Origin: Acidobacteriota bacterium
GTDB lineage: Bacteria > Acidobacteriota > Thermoanaerobaculia > UBA5066 > Gp7-AA6
NCBI GenBank assembly: GCA_050257975.1
Contig: JBLMXY010000058.1
Coordinates: 10,274-74,273 of the forward strand
Direction: 5' to 3'
Length of the DNA stretch: 64,000 nt
Position numbers and translations under genes: made by a program. Below, piece by piece: positions 54,744 through 63,331 of this stretch (position 1 is the stretch's first letter; the number at the start of each line of letters is the position of its first letter). The notes beneath the pieces are model-generated. The model was not told the DNA's origin. It worked only from the letters and a program-made list of their open reading frames with translations, and made no database searches.

Positions 54744-57401
54744 CTATCTCGAAACGAGAGACGGCCAGTTCATGAGGACCGAGATGGGTGCCGGCTCCGG
54801 GGAGCCGACGTCGATCAGGAACCGCTCTCCATCGGAAGCCACATCCCAGTCGCGGATGACGCCCTCGACGTGGAAGAGCGCCACCGGCGCTCCGGGCGCC
54901 TCCCTGCTCCCGGCGGCGAACGATACCGCCATCACCGCGCCGTCGAGCGCAACGTAGTACAGCTCGCGGCCGTCCCGGCGCCAGCGCGGCAGCGCGCCGC
55001 CTCCGACGGAGACGCGGACCTTCTTGCCCGAGCCGAGCCGCGGGACGACGTAGACCTCCCGCTCTCCGGACTCGTCGGAGATGTAGGCGATCGATTGCCC
55101 GTCGGGCGAAAAGCGCGCCCCCCTCTCTCGAAACCGGGTCGCCGCGACCGTCGCGGGCTTCTGCTCGCCGGAAAGCGGCAGCAGCAGGAGGTTCTCGTCC
55201 ACCTGCGAGTAATACTCCGTGTACACGAGAGACTTGCCGTCCGGGGAGACGTCTTCCGGCTGCTGAACGCCGGGAGCGGCGTAAACGGGAGTCTGCAACC
55301 CGGGCGCTCCGACCGACAGCCGGAAGACGTCGGGCGCGCCGTTCGCGTCGGACCGATAGTAGAGCATTCGCCCGTCCGGAGACCAGACAGGATTCTTTTC
55401 GTCGACGGCGTCGAAGGTCAGCCGCACGGAGACGTTCCGTGCGAGGTCGCGCAGCCAGAGGTCGCGGGTCCCTGTCTTGGGATCCTCGATCTGTAGGGCG
55501 ATCGAGCGGTTGTCCGGCGACAGGCGGACCCCGCTCACGGGAGAGGAAGAATCGATGGTCTCGAGCCGCTTTCCGTTCCGGGAAAACCACGCAACCCGCG
55601 CGGGCCTCGCCCCAGTCTCGTACGCAACCGAGCCTGGTGACGCCGAGAAACCGGCGTTGGCAGGCCCGTAGAACGAGTAGATGCCGTCGGCCAGCGCTAC
55701 GGCTTCTCCTCGCAGCACGAGCCGGGCGGGATCGAAGGGCTGAGCCAGAAGGGTTCCTTGCCGCACATACACCAGGAAGCCGGGCTCCACGTACTCGACG
55801 CGCGACTCGAATGGTCCGATGACCGTCGAGGCCTCCTTCGGATCGAGCGAGCCGACCCGAAGCTCGTGACCGGGGGGAGCCTCGGCGGCTCGGCGAATGG
55901 CGAGGTGGAGGAAGTGCCGTCCGTCGGGAAGGAACTGCGGCCAGAACAGCGCGGTTTCGCCCTTCGCGAGATCGGTCTTGAGGAGAAGTTCGGGCTCTCC
56001 GCCGGCGGCATTGACGCGCCAGATGCCGGAACGCTTGCCCGCGAACTGGGCGAACAGGATCACTCCCTGGCGACTCCACGCGGGCACGCACGCGACGGGC
56101 GCCTCGCAGATGACCTGCGGCGGGCCCCCGGAAGCTTCCATCTTCTTGATCTTCCCGTCGGCAAAGAAACCCAGAAAACGGCCGTCCGGCGACCAGAACG
56201 GGGATGTCGCGCCCTCGGTATTTTCGAGCGGTCTCGCGTCCAACGTGTCGAGCCGGCGCAGGTAGAGACGGTCGCCGCCCGGGCCCCTGCCAACGAAGGC
56301 GAGCCTCTGCCCGTCGGGAGCCAGGGCGATCCTCGTTTCCACCTCGGCTGACAGGAATGCGACGTTCTCGGGCAGGACGACCGAGAACCGCACCGGCCTG
56401 GGCGGGGCTGTCGGAGCGCGCCGTGCCACGATCGTCACGCCGAGGGCCAGGGCGAGCGCGCCGGCAAAGAGCCATGGCGCCACCCGAAACCACGGACGGC
56501 GTGCGGCCGCGACCGAGCGCGGCTGCGCCCCGCTCGCCTCGAAGAGGCGATCTCGCAGATTGGCGAGGTCTCGCGCCAGGTCCCGTGTCGAGGCGTAGCG
56601 GTCCTCGGCACTCTTGGCGAGGCAGCGCTCGACGATCCAGCGCAGCGGCGCCGGGGCGAGAGCGTTGTGCTCCTCGATCGGCGCCGGCTCATCCCGGATG
56701 ATCGCCGACAGGGTTTCGGGCGCGCTGCCGCGCGCGAAGGCCCGGCGGCCCGTTGCGAGCTCGTAGAGAATGGCTCCGAAAGCGAACTGGTCCGACCGAT
56801 AATCGAGCGGCTTGCCGAGGGCTTGCTCCGGCGACATGTACCCGACCGTTCCCATCACGATGCCCGGATGCGTCTCGCCGGACACCGTCGGCGCCTGCGT
56901 GGCCCCGCTCGGGTCCTCGGGCTGGGTCAGCTTGGCGAGGCCGAAGTCGAGGATCTTGACGAAGCCGTCTCCAGACACCATCACGTTTTCTGGCTTGAGG
57001 TCGCGATGCACGATTCCCGCGGCGTGAGCCTTCGCCAGGCCGTCGGCCACCTGCGCGGCGATTCCGAGCACGCGCCGGATCGGTGGCGGGCCATCGGTGA
57101 GGATCTCGCGCAGCGTCTGCCCGGACACCAGCTCCATGGCGATGAAGGCGGCGCCGTCGGCCTGCCCGACGTCGTGGATCATGACGATGTTGGGGTGGTT
57201 GAGCGAGGAGGCCGCCCGCGCCTCCTTCTCGAATCGTTTCAGACGCTGCGGATCGGAAGACACGTCAGAAGGCAGGACCTTGACCGCGACATCGCGCTGC
57301 AGGCGGGTATCCCGTGCCCGGTAGACCTCCCCCATCCCCCCGGCGCCCAGGACGGACAGCACCTCGTACGGACCAAGCCTGGCCCCAATCGGAAGGGTCA
57401 T
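54744..57401 (-). CDS. Ser/Thr protein kinase - TM helix - TolB-like (PD40/WD40-like) beta-propeller (STK1)
   Basis: ORF 54744..58439 trimmed to ATG 57401 ([31 protein letters not shown]...). Motifs [36 protein letters not shown] helix WLFAGALALALGVTIV. C-terminal repeated FSPDG/WSPDG propeller motifs. Confidence 0.88.
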   Translation of the reverse strand: MTLPIGARLGPYEVLSVLGAGGMGEVYRARDTRLQRDVAVKVLPSDVSSDPQRLKRFEKEARAASSLNHPNIVMIHDVGQADGAAFIAMELVSGQTLREILTDGPPPIRRVLGIAAQVADGLAKAHAAGIVHRDLKPENVMVSGDGFVKILDFGLAKLTQPEDPSGATQAPTVSGETHPGIVMGTVGYMSPEQALGKPLDYRSDQFAFGAILYELATGRRAFARGSAPETLSAIIRDEPAPIEEHNALAPAPLRWIVERCLAKSAEDRYASTRDLARDLANLRDRLFEASGAQPRSVAAARRPWFRVAPWLFAGALALALGVTIVARRAPTAPPRPVRFSVVLPENVAFLSAEVETRIALAPDGQRLAFVGRGPGGDRLYLRRLDTLDARPLENTEGATSPFWSPDGRFLGFFADGKIKKMEASGGPPQVICEAPVACVPAWSRQGVILFAQFAGKRSGIWRVNAAGGEPELLLKTDLAKGETALFWPQFLPDGRHFLHLAIRRAAEAPPGHELRVGSLDPKEASTVIGPFESRVEYVEPGFLVYVRQGTLLAQPFDPARLVLRGEAVALADGIYSFYGPANAGFSASPGSVAYETGARPARVAWFSRNGKRLETIDSSSPVSGVRLSPDNRSIALQIEDPKTGTRDLWLRDLARNVSVRLTFDAVDEKNPVWSPDGRMLYYRSDANGAPDVFRLSVGAPGLQTPVYAAPGVQQPEDVSPDGKSLVYTEYYSQVDENLLLLPLSGEQKPATVAATRFRERGARFSPDGQSIAYISDESGEREVYVVPRLGSGKKVRVSVGGGALPRWRRDGRELYYVALDGAVMAVSFAAGSREAPGAPVALFHVEGVIRDWDVASDGERFLIDVGSPEPAPISVLMNWPSLVSR

Positions 57402-57646
57402 CGTCGTTCGCGGCGCGACGAAGTTTCGCGAAGTAACCGAGCGAGACGACTCGCGCCGCGGGAGCCGGAGCGCGGCGAGAAGATCAGGGCCGCGGTCGAG
57501 TCCGCATCCGGACGAGCCGTGGCCCGGCGCCCGAAGGGCGGATCTTCGAGCGAGCGAAGGCGACGGTAGACTTCCCCCATTCCGCCCGCGCCGAGTGGCG
57601 AGAGGATTTCGTAGGGCCCAAGGCGGCTGCCCGCGGGGAGAGCCAT
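57398..57646 (-). other. upstream ORF made of a relic kinase N-terminus (28 codons incl. [10 protein letters not shown]) read into the conserved element; its stop overlaps the STK1 start (ATGA)
   Basis: Track ORF 57398..57646: [28 protein letters not shown]|RLRSLEDPPFGRR... The first 28 aa parallel the STK1 N-terminus [28 protein letters not shown]. The remainder has no kinase similarity. Confidence 0.6.
57402..57567 (-). ncRNA. conserved hairpin-rich non-coding element, copy A (candidate structured leader RNA or miniature inverted-repeat element)
   Basis: 166 nt, differing at 5 positions from copy B (63332..63497) by manual alignment. The substitutions are non-synonymous in both open frames. 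The ends are complementary (CGTCG-CC-TTCGC ... GCGAA-CGACG). Internal hairpins include CGCCC-TTC-GGGCG and GTCCG-GATG-CGGAC. Confidence 0.55.
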
Positions 57647-57669
57647 CGGATTTGGCCAATTGTATGGGC

Positions 57670-57705
57670 AAAGGAAAAGCCCGGAGCCCGCGGAAGGCTC
57701 CGGGC
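57670..57705 (-). terminator. rho-independent terminator after the ABC-operon secreted-protein gene
   Basis: Minus strand reads GCCCGGAGCC-TTCCGCG-GGCTCCGGGC followed by TTTTCCTTT, 26 nt after the stop at 57731. Confidence 0.7.
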
Positions 57706-57730
57706 GCGCGGGAAGAGAGAGAAAGGCGGC

Positions 57731-58702
57731 CTACTTGTCGCGGTGGGCTCGGGCCTCGGCCGAGAGCGACCGGATCAGGTCTCCCGGCAGCTTGCCCGAG
57801 ATCGTGACGCCCTCGTCGTCGCGCGAGACCTGGAACTTCCGGATCACGGCCACCAGCTGCGGCGACTTCTCCTGCGCCGCCAGGCGCCAGGCCGCCGTCA
57901 GGCCGCGCAGGGCGTCCTCGAGCAGGCCTCGCGTCTCCTCGTCGGAGGACAGGCCCGTGGCCTTGACGGCGAGCGCGTCGGACTCGACCGTCGCCTCCAT
58001 CGCGAGGAGCGAGACGGACCGAAGCGCCGAAACGACGCCCGCCGCGGGCCCGTCGCCCCCGTGCAGCGACGCCGCGGCGCGGCGGGACTTCTCGACGTCG
58101 ACGAGGACCCAGGCGGTCGCCGCGGGGTCCACGCGATGGAGCTCGCGGCCAAGGCCCTTGCCCGAGGAGAAGCCCGTTCCGCCGGCGGCGCGGTCCGAGA
58201 GCGCCGCGATGACGGCGGGCTCGCTTCCGGCGACGACGAGGTGGGAGTTCACGAAGGCGACGGATCCCTGCCCGCGCTCGCCGTGAGATTCGTCCTTCAG
58301 AAGAAAGTAATCCCCGACGTTTGCAGATTTTCGAATCGCGCCGCGCTTGCCGACCGCCGCGGCGAGCCGGGCCGGATCGAAGCGCCCCTCGAAGAAGACG
58401 AGCGACCGTCCCCGCCCCTGGTCGGAGGAGGTCGTGCACGCCACGACCGCGTCCACGTCCTCGCGAAGGTTCAAGCCCGCCTCCGCCAGGAAGCGGCCGC
58501 CCTCGCCGTCGGAGCTCAACTTGTCGGCCTCTTCGAACACCCGCAGCTGGAAGGGATTCGAGCGCAAATCCGCGACCCGCACGAATCCGACGGTCGTCGC
58601 GTTCTCCGGCACGAGCGAGAGGGCGCCGCCGGACGCGGCCGCCGCCGGGGCGGCGAGCAGCGCGAGGACCGGCAGCGCGAGCAGAGCTTTCTTCATCATC
58701 AT
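57731..58702 (-). CDS. secreted hypothetical protein, third gene of the ABC-2 operon
   Basis: ORF 57731..58909 trimmed to the ATG triplet run at 58702 (MMMKKALLALPVLALLAAPAAAASG signal). TGATG overlap with the permease stop. Confidence 0.6.
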   Translation of the reverse strand: MMMKKALLALPVLALLAAPAAAASGGALSLVPENATTVGFVRVADLRSNPFQLRVFEEADKLSSDGEGGRFLAEAGLNLREDVDAVVACTTSSDQGRGRSLVFFEGRFDPARLAAAVGKRGAIRKSANVGDYFLLKDESHGERGQGSVAFVNSHLVVAGSEPAVIAALSDRAAGGTGFSSGKGLGRELHRVDPAATAWVLVDVEKSRRAAASLHGGDGPAAGVVSALRSVSLLAMEATVESDALAVKATGLSSDEETRGLLEDALRGLTAAWRLAAQEKSPQLVAVIRKFQVSRDDEGVTISGKLPGDLIRSLSAEARAHRDK

Positions 58703-59556
58703 CAGAAGTCCTTTCTCCGAAAGAGGAAGCTCGAGAGTCCCAGACAAGCGACGCCGAAGGCTCCGGTCGTGGCGAACGTCATCCAGTTGAGGCCCTGGCT
58801 CAGGCGACCCGGCGCGTGCCCCGCCGCGACGAAGGCGACGACCGCCTGCCCGAGCTCGGCGGTCTTCGGCAGGATCCAGTAGAGGGCGTGGACGACCGTG
58901 GCCTGCCACTCCTTCGAGACGGCCGCGGCGATGCGTTCATGCTGTGCGAGGAGTGCCGCGAAGAAGAAGACGCCGTAGGTCGACATGATCGAAACCCCCG
59001 TCGAGGAGGTGACGACACCGACGAGGAAGGCGAAGGCGAGAAGCGCCGCGATCGCGAACAGGATCACGCCGCCTCCGAGCAGGAAGCGGGGATGCACCAC
59101 CTTCGTCTTCCAGATCAGGATCGCCCAGATCGAACCGATCAGGTACACGAGGTTGGCCGCCGCGAGCAGCAGCCCCGCCGCGTAGCGCGAGAGAAGGAGC
59201 GAGACTCGCCCGACGGGGCGCGACAGGTAAAGGTCCACGGTGCCCTTCTCCTGCATTCGCGGCACCAGGTGAGACGTCGCGAAGACGGCGAGGAAGGTGC
59301 CGACGAGGTAAAGAAAGGCGGAGAAGCCCGACTCGAAGCCGAGGACGAGCTTGTCGAGGTCGACCCGGCTGCCCGGCAGGTCCACCGAGCGGCCGAAGAG
59401 CCTGGCGCCCGCCAGCGCGCCGTCCACGATGTCGAGGTTCACGGCGAAGGCGAAGATCAGGATGAAGAGCGTCGAGAGCGCGAAATAGGCGGCGAGCGTC
59501 CAGCGCGCCGCGGCTTCCCGGAAGACGTCCTCGATCGAAGCGGCGAAGGCCTTCAC
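58702..59556 (-). CDS. ABC-2-type transporter permease
   Basis: 284 aa with about 6 hydrophobic segments (LAAYFALSTLFILIFAFAV, FLYLVGTFLAVFA, LLLAAANLVYLIGSIWAILIW, GGVILFAIAALLAFAFLVGVV ...). Lies immediately after the ATPase gene. Confidence 0.72.
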   Translation of the reverse strand: MKAFAASIEDVFREAAARWTLAAYFALSTLFILIFAFAVNLDIVDGALAGARLFGRSVDLPGSRVDLDKLVLGFESGFSAFLYLVGTFLAVFATSHLVPRMQEKGTVDLYLSRPVGRVSLLLSRYAAGLLLAAANLVYLIGSIWAILIWKTKVVHPRFLLGGGVILFAIAALLAFAFLVGVVTSSTGVSIMSTYGVFFFAALLAQHERIAAAVSKEWQATVVHALYWILPKTAELGQAVVAFVAAGHAPGRLSQGLNWMTFATTGAFGVACLGLSSFLFRRKDF

Positions 59557-59557
59557 G

Positions 59558-60508
59558 TCAATTCACCTTGTCTTCGGATTCCGGGCCGGGCTGCACGAGA
59601 TCGACGAAGACGTCTTCGAGCGTCGAGCGGTCGGGCGCGAGCTCCTTCAACGCCCGACCCTCCGCCCGAAGCCGGTCCACCAGGGCGTTGACGTGCGCGA
59701 GGTCGCGCACCGAGAGCACCAGATGGCCGTTGACGCGCTCGACGCCCGCGCCGGTCGCGCGAAAGGCTTCGAGCAGGCGGTCGTCCACCGACTCGGCCAC
59801 CATGCGATAGCGCGCCTCCTGGCGGGTCAGTTCCTCGATCGGACCTTGCCGCACGACGCGCCCCTTGCGGAGGATGGCGACGCGGTTGCAGGTCTGCTCG
59901 ATCTCCGACAGCAGATGCGAGTTGAGAAGGATCGCGCGGCCGCGCGCGGCCTCCTCGCGCAAGAGGTCGCGGATCTCGCGCCGCCCGACCGGATCGACGC
60001 CGTCGGTCGGCTCGTCGAGCAACAGCACGTCCGGATCGTGCACGAGCGCGGCGGCAAGGCCCAGCCGCTGGACCATTCCCTTGGAGAACTTCCTGACGCG
60101 CACATCCGCCCAGTCGGAAAGGCGCACCCGGGCGAGAAGCTCCTCCGTCCGCCGTCGAATCTCGGCCCGGGTCATCCCCGACATCCTTCCGAAGACCGAG
60201 AGCGTCGCCCTCGCCGTGAGATAGCCGGGGAACCGGTGCCCTTCGGGCAGATACCCCACGCGCCGGCGGCTCTCCGGCCTTCCCACGGGGATCCCGAAGA
60301 GCGTCGCCTCGCCCGAGGTCGCATGCGTGAGCCCGAGCAGGATCTTGACCGCGGTCGTCTTTCCAGCGCCGTTGGGGCCCAGCAGGCCAAAGATCTCACC
60401 CGGCTCGACTTGAAGGGACACGCCGTCCAGGGCGAGCACGGAGGTTCCCCCGAAGCGGGACCGGTACCGCTTGGTCAGCGCCGAGACGGAGATCGCACTT
60501 CCACTCAT
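59558..60508 (-). CDS. ABC transporter ATP-binding protein
   Basis: Walker A GPNGAGKTT, Q-loop, signature FSKGMVQRLGLA, Walker B VLLLDEPTDGVD. Confidence 0.92.
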   Translation of the reverse strand: MSGSAISVSALTKRYRSRFGGTSVLALDGVSLQVEPGEIFGLLGPNGAGKTTAVKILLGLTHATSGEATLFGIPVGRPESRRRVGYLPEGHRFPGYLTARATLSVFGRMSGMTRAEIRRRTEELLARVRLSDWADVRVRKFSKGMVQRLGLAAALVHDPDVLLLDEPTDGVDPVGRREIRDLLREEAARGRAILLNSHLLSEIEQTCNRVAILRKGRVVRQGPIEELTRQEARYRMVAESVDDRLLEAFRATGAGVERVNGHLVLSVRDLAHVNALVDRLRAEGRALKELAPDRSTLEDVFVDLVQPGPESEDKVN

Positions 60509-60600
60509 TACCCGTCAATACGGAGAAAAGAGGCTCGATGTTCCTGGCCCGGCGCCGTCACAAACGCCGAGCCGTCGCATATCTCGGCACCCGCGTCCTT

Positions 60601-60767
60601 TCCGCTCGCGGCGCGAGGAGTCTCCCGAGGTAATCGAGGGAGGAGCCTCGCGCCGCGGGAGCGAGCGCGAAGCGAGAGATCAGGCGAGCGGTCGAGGCCG
60701 CAACCGGCCGAGCCGCTTGCCGGTGCGCCCCGCGGGCGCAGGTCCCGAGCGTAGCGCGAGCGACGGT
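60601..60767 (-). ncRNA. conserved hairpin-rich element, diverged copy C, between the STK2 stop and the ABC operon
   Basis: 167 nt, same block order as copies A/B (ACCGTCGC..., TCGnCCGGnTGCGGnCTCGACCGC, CCTGATCT, GCTCCCGCGGCGCGAG, TCGCGCCGCGA). Its first base is the A of the STK2 TGA stop. Helices are kept by compensatory changes. Confidence 0.5.
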
Positions 60768-63331
60768 CAGCGCAGCCCTGTCACGACGAAGAGAGTCGAG
60801 AGCTGCCGCATGATGCTGTAGGCGTACGTCTTCCCGTCCGGCGTCAGGCCGATCGTGTCGATCCCATCGGTGCCCGTCGGATCGGACGGCCCGATCGCGG
60901 CGAGCTTTTCCTGCCGGCCGGTCTCGACATCAAGCCGCCAGATCTCGACGCCCGGGGGCTTCTCCTTGCGCAGGAAGAGCGCCCGGCCGCTCGCGTCCCA
61001 GCGAAGGACGTCGATGACGTCCGGGCCGATCCCGGGAATGGGACGCGGCTCGCCGCCCGCCACAGGATAGAAGAGCCACTTGTGGTCGCGGGTGTTGAGC
61101 AGAGCCGTCTTGCCGTCCGGCGATATCGGGCCGCCGATGCCGAAATTCTCCGGGCCGAACGGGCGGGGCGCGCCTCCCGAGAGATCCTGGACATACATGC
61201 GATAGGGCCTGTCGCCCGATCGAGCCTGAAACAAGAACTGCTTGCTATCGTGTGTCCAGACGAGACCGGGCGCGTATCGCATGCCCTCCATCCGGAATTC
61301 CTTCGACTGTCCGGCGCCCGTCGGAATCAGGAACAACCGATCGGGCGTCGTTCCCGGCTCCGCGATGACCCATTTGCCGTCCGGCGAGAGCGCGAGCGGC
61401 TTCCCGTCGCCCAGGCGCGTCGCGGCCGAGCCATCCGTCCGGCGAAGGTAGATCGATCCCCGCGCGCCGCCTCCTCGGCCCCCCTCCTCGAGGAGGACCG
61501 TGTTCCCATCCTCGGAGAAATCCACGACGCGGGAGAAGTCGAGCCAGGAGAGGTTGGTCTCCGCCGAGCCGACTCGGCCGTACATCGTGGACTCGTGCCA
61601 GTCGTCGACCCGGAGAAGCACGCGGCCGTCTGCGGCGATGTCCTGGACGAGCGTGACGCCGGGAGGCCGCGCGACGACACGAGTCTTTCCCGAGGAGGGC
61701 GACACCGCGCAGAGCATCAGCACGCTCCCGGGCTCGGTGTCCCTCGGGGAGAACCAGATCTCGCCGGTCCGCGGGTGCCAGGCGAGGCCCGCAGCGAAGC
61801 CCCAGCCGGAGCTGACCGTGCGCTTCCTGCCCGTCGCGACGTCGAAGACGACGACCGAGGACGCCTCGTTCGCTCCCCGGAACCTCTCGATCGCGGCGAT
61901 CTCACGGCCGTCGGGCGAAAAGCGGGGAAAATACAGCGCCGCCTGCTCCGCCGGCGCGCCGAGGACCTTGCCGATCGGGAACTCCAGCTTCCCGCGATTG
62001 ATCACGGCGAGCCGCCGGCCGTCCGGCGACCAGTCGGCGAAACGGGTCCCTTCGAGGATCTCGCGCGGCGCACCGCCGGTGAGCGACGCCTCTGCGAGCG
62101 TGAGCGCGTCGCCGCGCAAGAGTCCCACAGCGAGTTTCCCCGAGGAGGAAATCGCGGAGAGGAATGCGTTCGGAAGCGGCAGGGCGGCCGTCTCCGCGCT
62201 GTCCGCTCGGGTCGAGTAGAGCTGAGGCGGCTTGCCCTCCCACTGCGCCGCATAGACGATGGTCTGCCCGTCGGGTGCAAAGCGCGCCTGGTCCATCGTC
62301 CCGCGGCGATACGTGACCGCGCGATAATCGGCGACGGGCGCCGGTCCCCTTCGCGTCGCGAGGACCCCGATCCCGACTCCGGCGGCGAGGGCGAGAACAA
62401 TCGCTGCGAGCCACCTCGAGGGGAGGCGGCGCGGCAGCGTTGCCGCGAACGCCCCGGACGCGCTCGCTTCGGAGATGCCGTCCTTCAACCTCGCGAGGTC
62501 GCGCGAGAGATCCCGCGTCGCGGCGTAGCGTTCGTCGGGATCCTTGGCGAGGCACCGCTCGACGATCCAGCGAAGCGGCACGGGCGTCGACGGCATCGCG
62601 GTCGCGAGGGACTCCGGCTCCTCCCGGAGGATCGCCGTCATCGTCTCCGGCCCGGTCGCCCGCGCGAAGGCCTTCTTGCCCGTCACCATCTCGTAGAGCA
62701 TCGAGCCGAACGAGAACTGGTCCGACCGGAAGTCGAGCGGCTTGCCGAGCGTCTGCTCGGGCGACATATACGACACCGTCCCCACCACCATGCCCGGCTC
62801 GGTCCCGCCCGAGACCGTCGCCACCTGCGTGCCGCCGCTCGAATCCTCCGGCTGAGTCAGCTTGGCCAGCCCGAAGTCCAGGATCTTGGCGAAGCCATCC
62901 CGGGTCACCATGACGTTCTCGGGCTTCAGGTCCCGGTGCACGATGCCGGCGTCGTGCGCCTTGGCGAGCCCTTCGGCCACCTGGGCGGCGACGGCTAGGA
63001 GCTTCTTCTGCGCGAGCGGGCCCTCCGCAAGCATCTGCCGGAGAGTGACGCCCTCGACGAGCTCCATCGCAATGTAAGACGTGGCGCCGGAAGAGCCGAT
63101 GTCGTAGACCGTGACGATGTTGGGGTGGTTGAGAGAGGAGGCCGATTGCGCCTCCTTCTCGAACCGGCGCAGCCGCCGCGCGTCCGCCGAGAGCGCCTCC
63201 GGGAGAACCTTGACCGCGACCACGCGCCCGAGCCGCGTGTCCCGCGCCCGGTACACTTCCCCCATCCCTCCGGCGCCCAGGACGGACAGAACCTCGTACG
63301 GACCGAGCCTGGTCCCGATGGAGAGGGTCAT
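60767..63331 (-). CDS. Ser/Thr protein kinase - TM helix - TolB-like beta-propeller (STK2, paralog of STK1)
   Basis: ORF 60767..63601 trimmed to ATG 63331 ([31 protein letters not shown]...). Motifs [30 protein letters not shown] helix [18 protein letters not shown]. Propeller motifs FAPDG, WSPDG, FSPDG, LSPDG. Confidence 0.88.
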   Translation of the reverse strand: MTLSIGTRLGPYEVLSVLGAGGMGEVYRARDTRLGRVVAVKVLPEALSADARRLRRFEKEAQSASSLNHPNIVTVYDIGSSGATSYIAMELVEGVTLRQMLAEGPLAQKKLLAVAAQVAEGLAKAHDAGIVHRDLKPENVMVTRDGFAKILDFGLAKLTQPEDSSGGTQVATVSGGTEPGMVVGTVSYMSPEQTLGKPLDFRSDQFSFGSMLYEMVTGKKAFARATGPETMTAILREEPESLATAMPSTPVPLRWIVERCLAKDPDERYAATRDLSRDLARLKDGISEASASGAFAATLPRRLPSRWLAAIVLALAAGVGIGVLATRRGPAPVADYRAVTYRRGTMDQARFAPDGQTIVYAAQWEGKPPQLYSTRADSAETAALPLPNAFLSAISSSGKLAVGLLRGDALTLAEASLTGGAPREILEGTRFADWSPDGRRLAVINRGKLEFPIGKVLGAPAEQAALYFPRFSPDGREIAAIERFRGANEASSVVVFDVATGRKRTVSSGWGFAAGLAWHPRTGEIWFSPRDTEPGSVLMLCAVSPSSGKTRVVARPPGVTLVQDIAADGRVLLRVDDWHESTMYGRVGSAETNLSWLDFSRVVDFSEDGNTVLLEEGGRGGGARGSIYLRRTDGSAATRLGDGKPLALSPDGKWVIAEPGTTPDRLFLIPTGAGQSKEFRMEGMRYAPGLVWTHDSKQFLFQARSGDRPYRMYVQDLSGGAPRPFGPENFGIGGPISPDGKTALLNTRDHKWLFYPVAGGEPRPIPGIGPDVIDVLRWDASGRALFLRKEKPPGVEIWRLDVETGRQEKLAAIGPSDPTGTDGIDTIGLTPDGKTYAYSIMRQLSTLFVVTGLR

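Noticed and set aside
54316-56493. 725-aa minus-strand ORF overlapping STK1 in another frame
   Set aside because: It is out of frame with the kinase-propeller gene, has Arg-rich low-complexity translation and no motifs.
57402-57567. Idea that the element between the two kinase N-termini is an intein, a group I/II intron or a translational-bypass gap
   Set aside because: It is too short for an intein or a self-splicing intron, and no intron-type conserved motifs were recognised. The uORF frame hits a stop, and a bypass of ~250 nt is far beyond known cases. It is kept only as a remote alternative in the findings.
58694-58704. TGATGATGATG run at the permease/secreted-protein junction as a possible slippery or repeat signal
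   Set aside because: It is simply a stop codon overlapping three consecutive Met codons (MMMKK signal-peptide start). There is no evidence of frameshifting.
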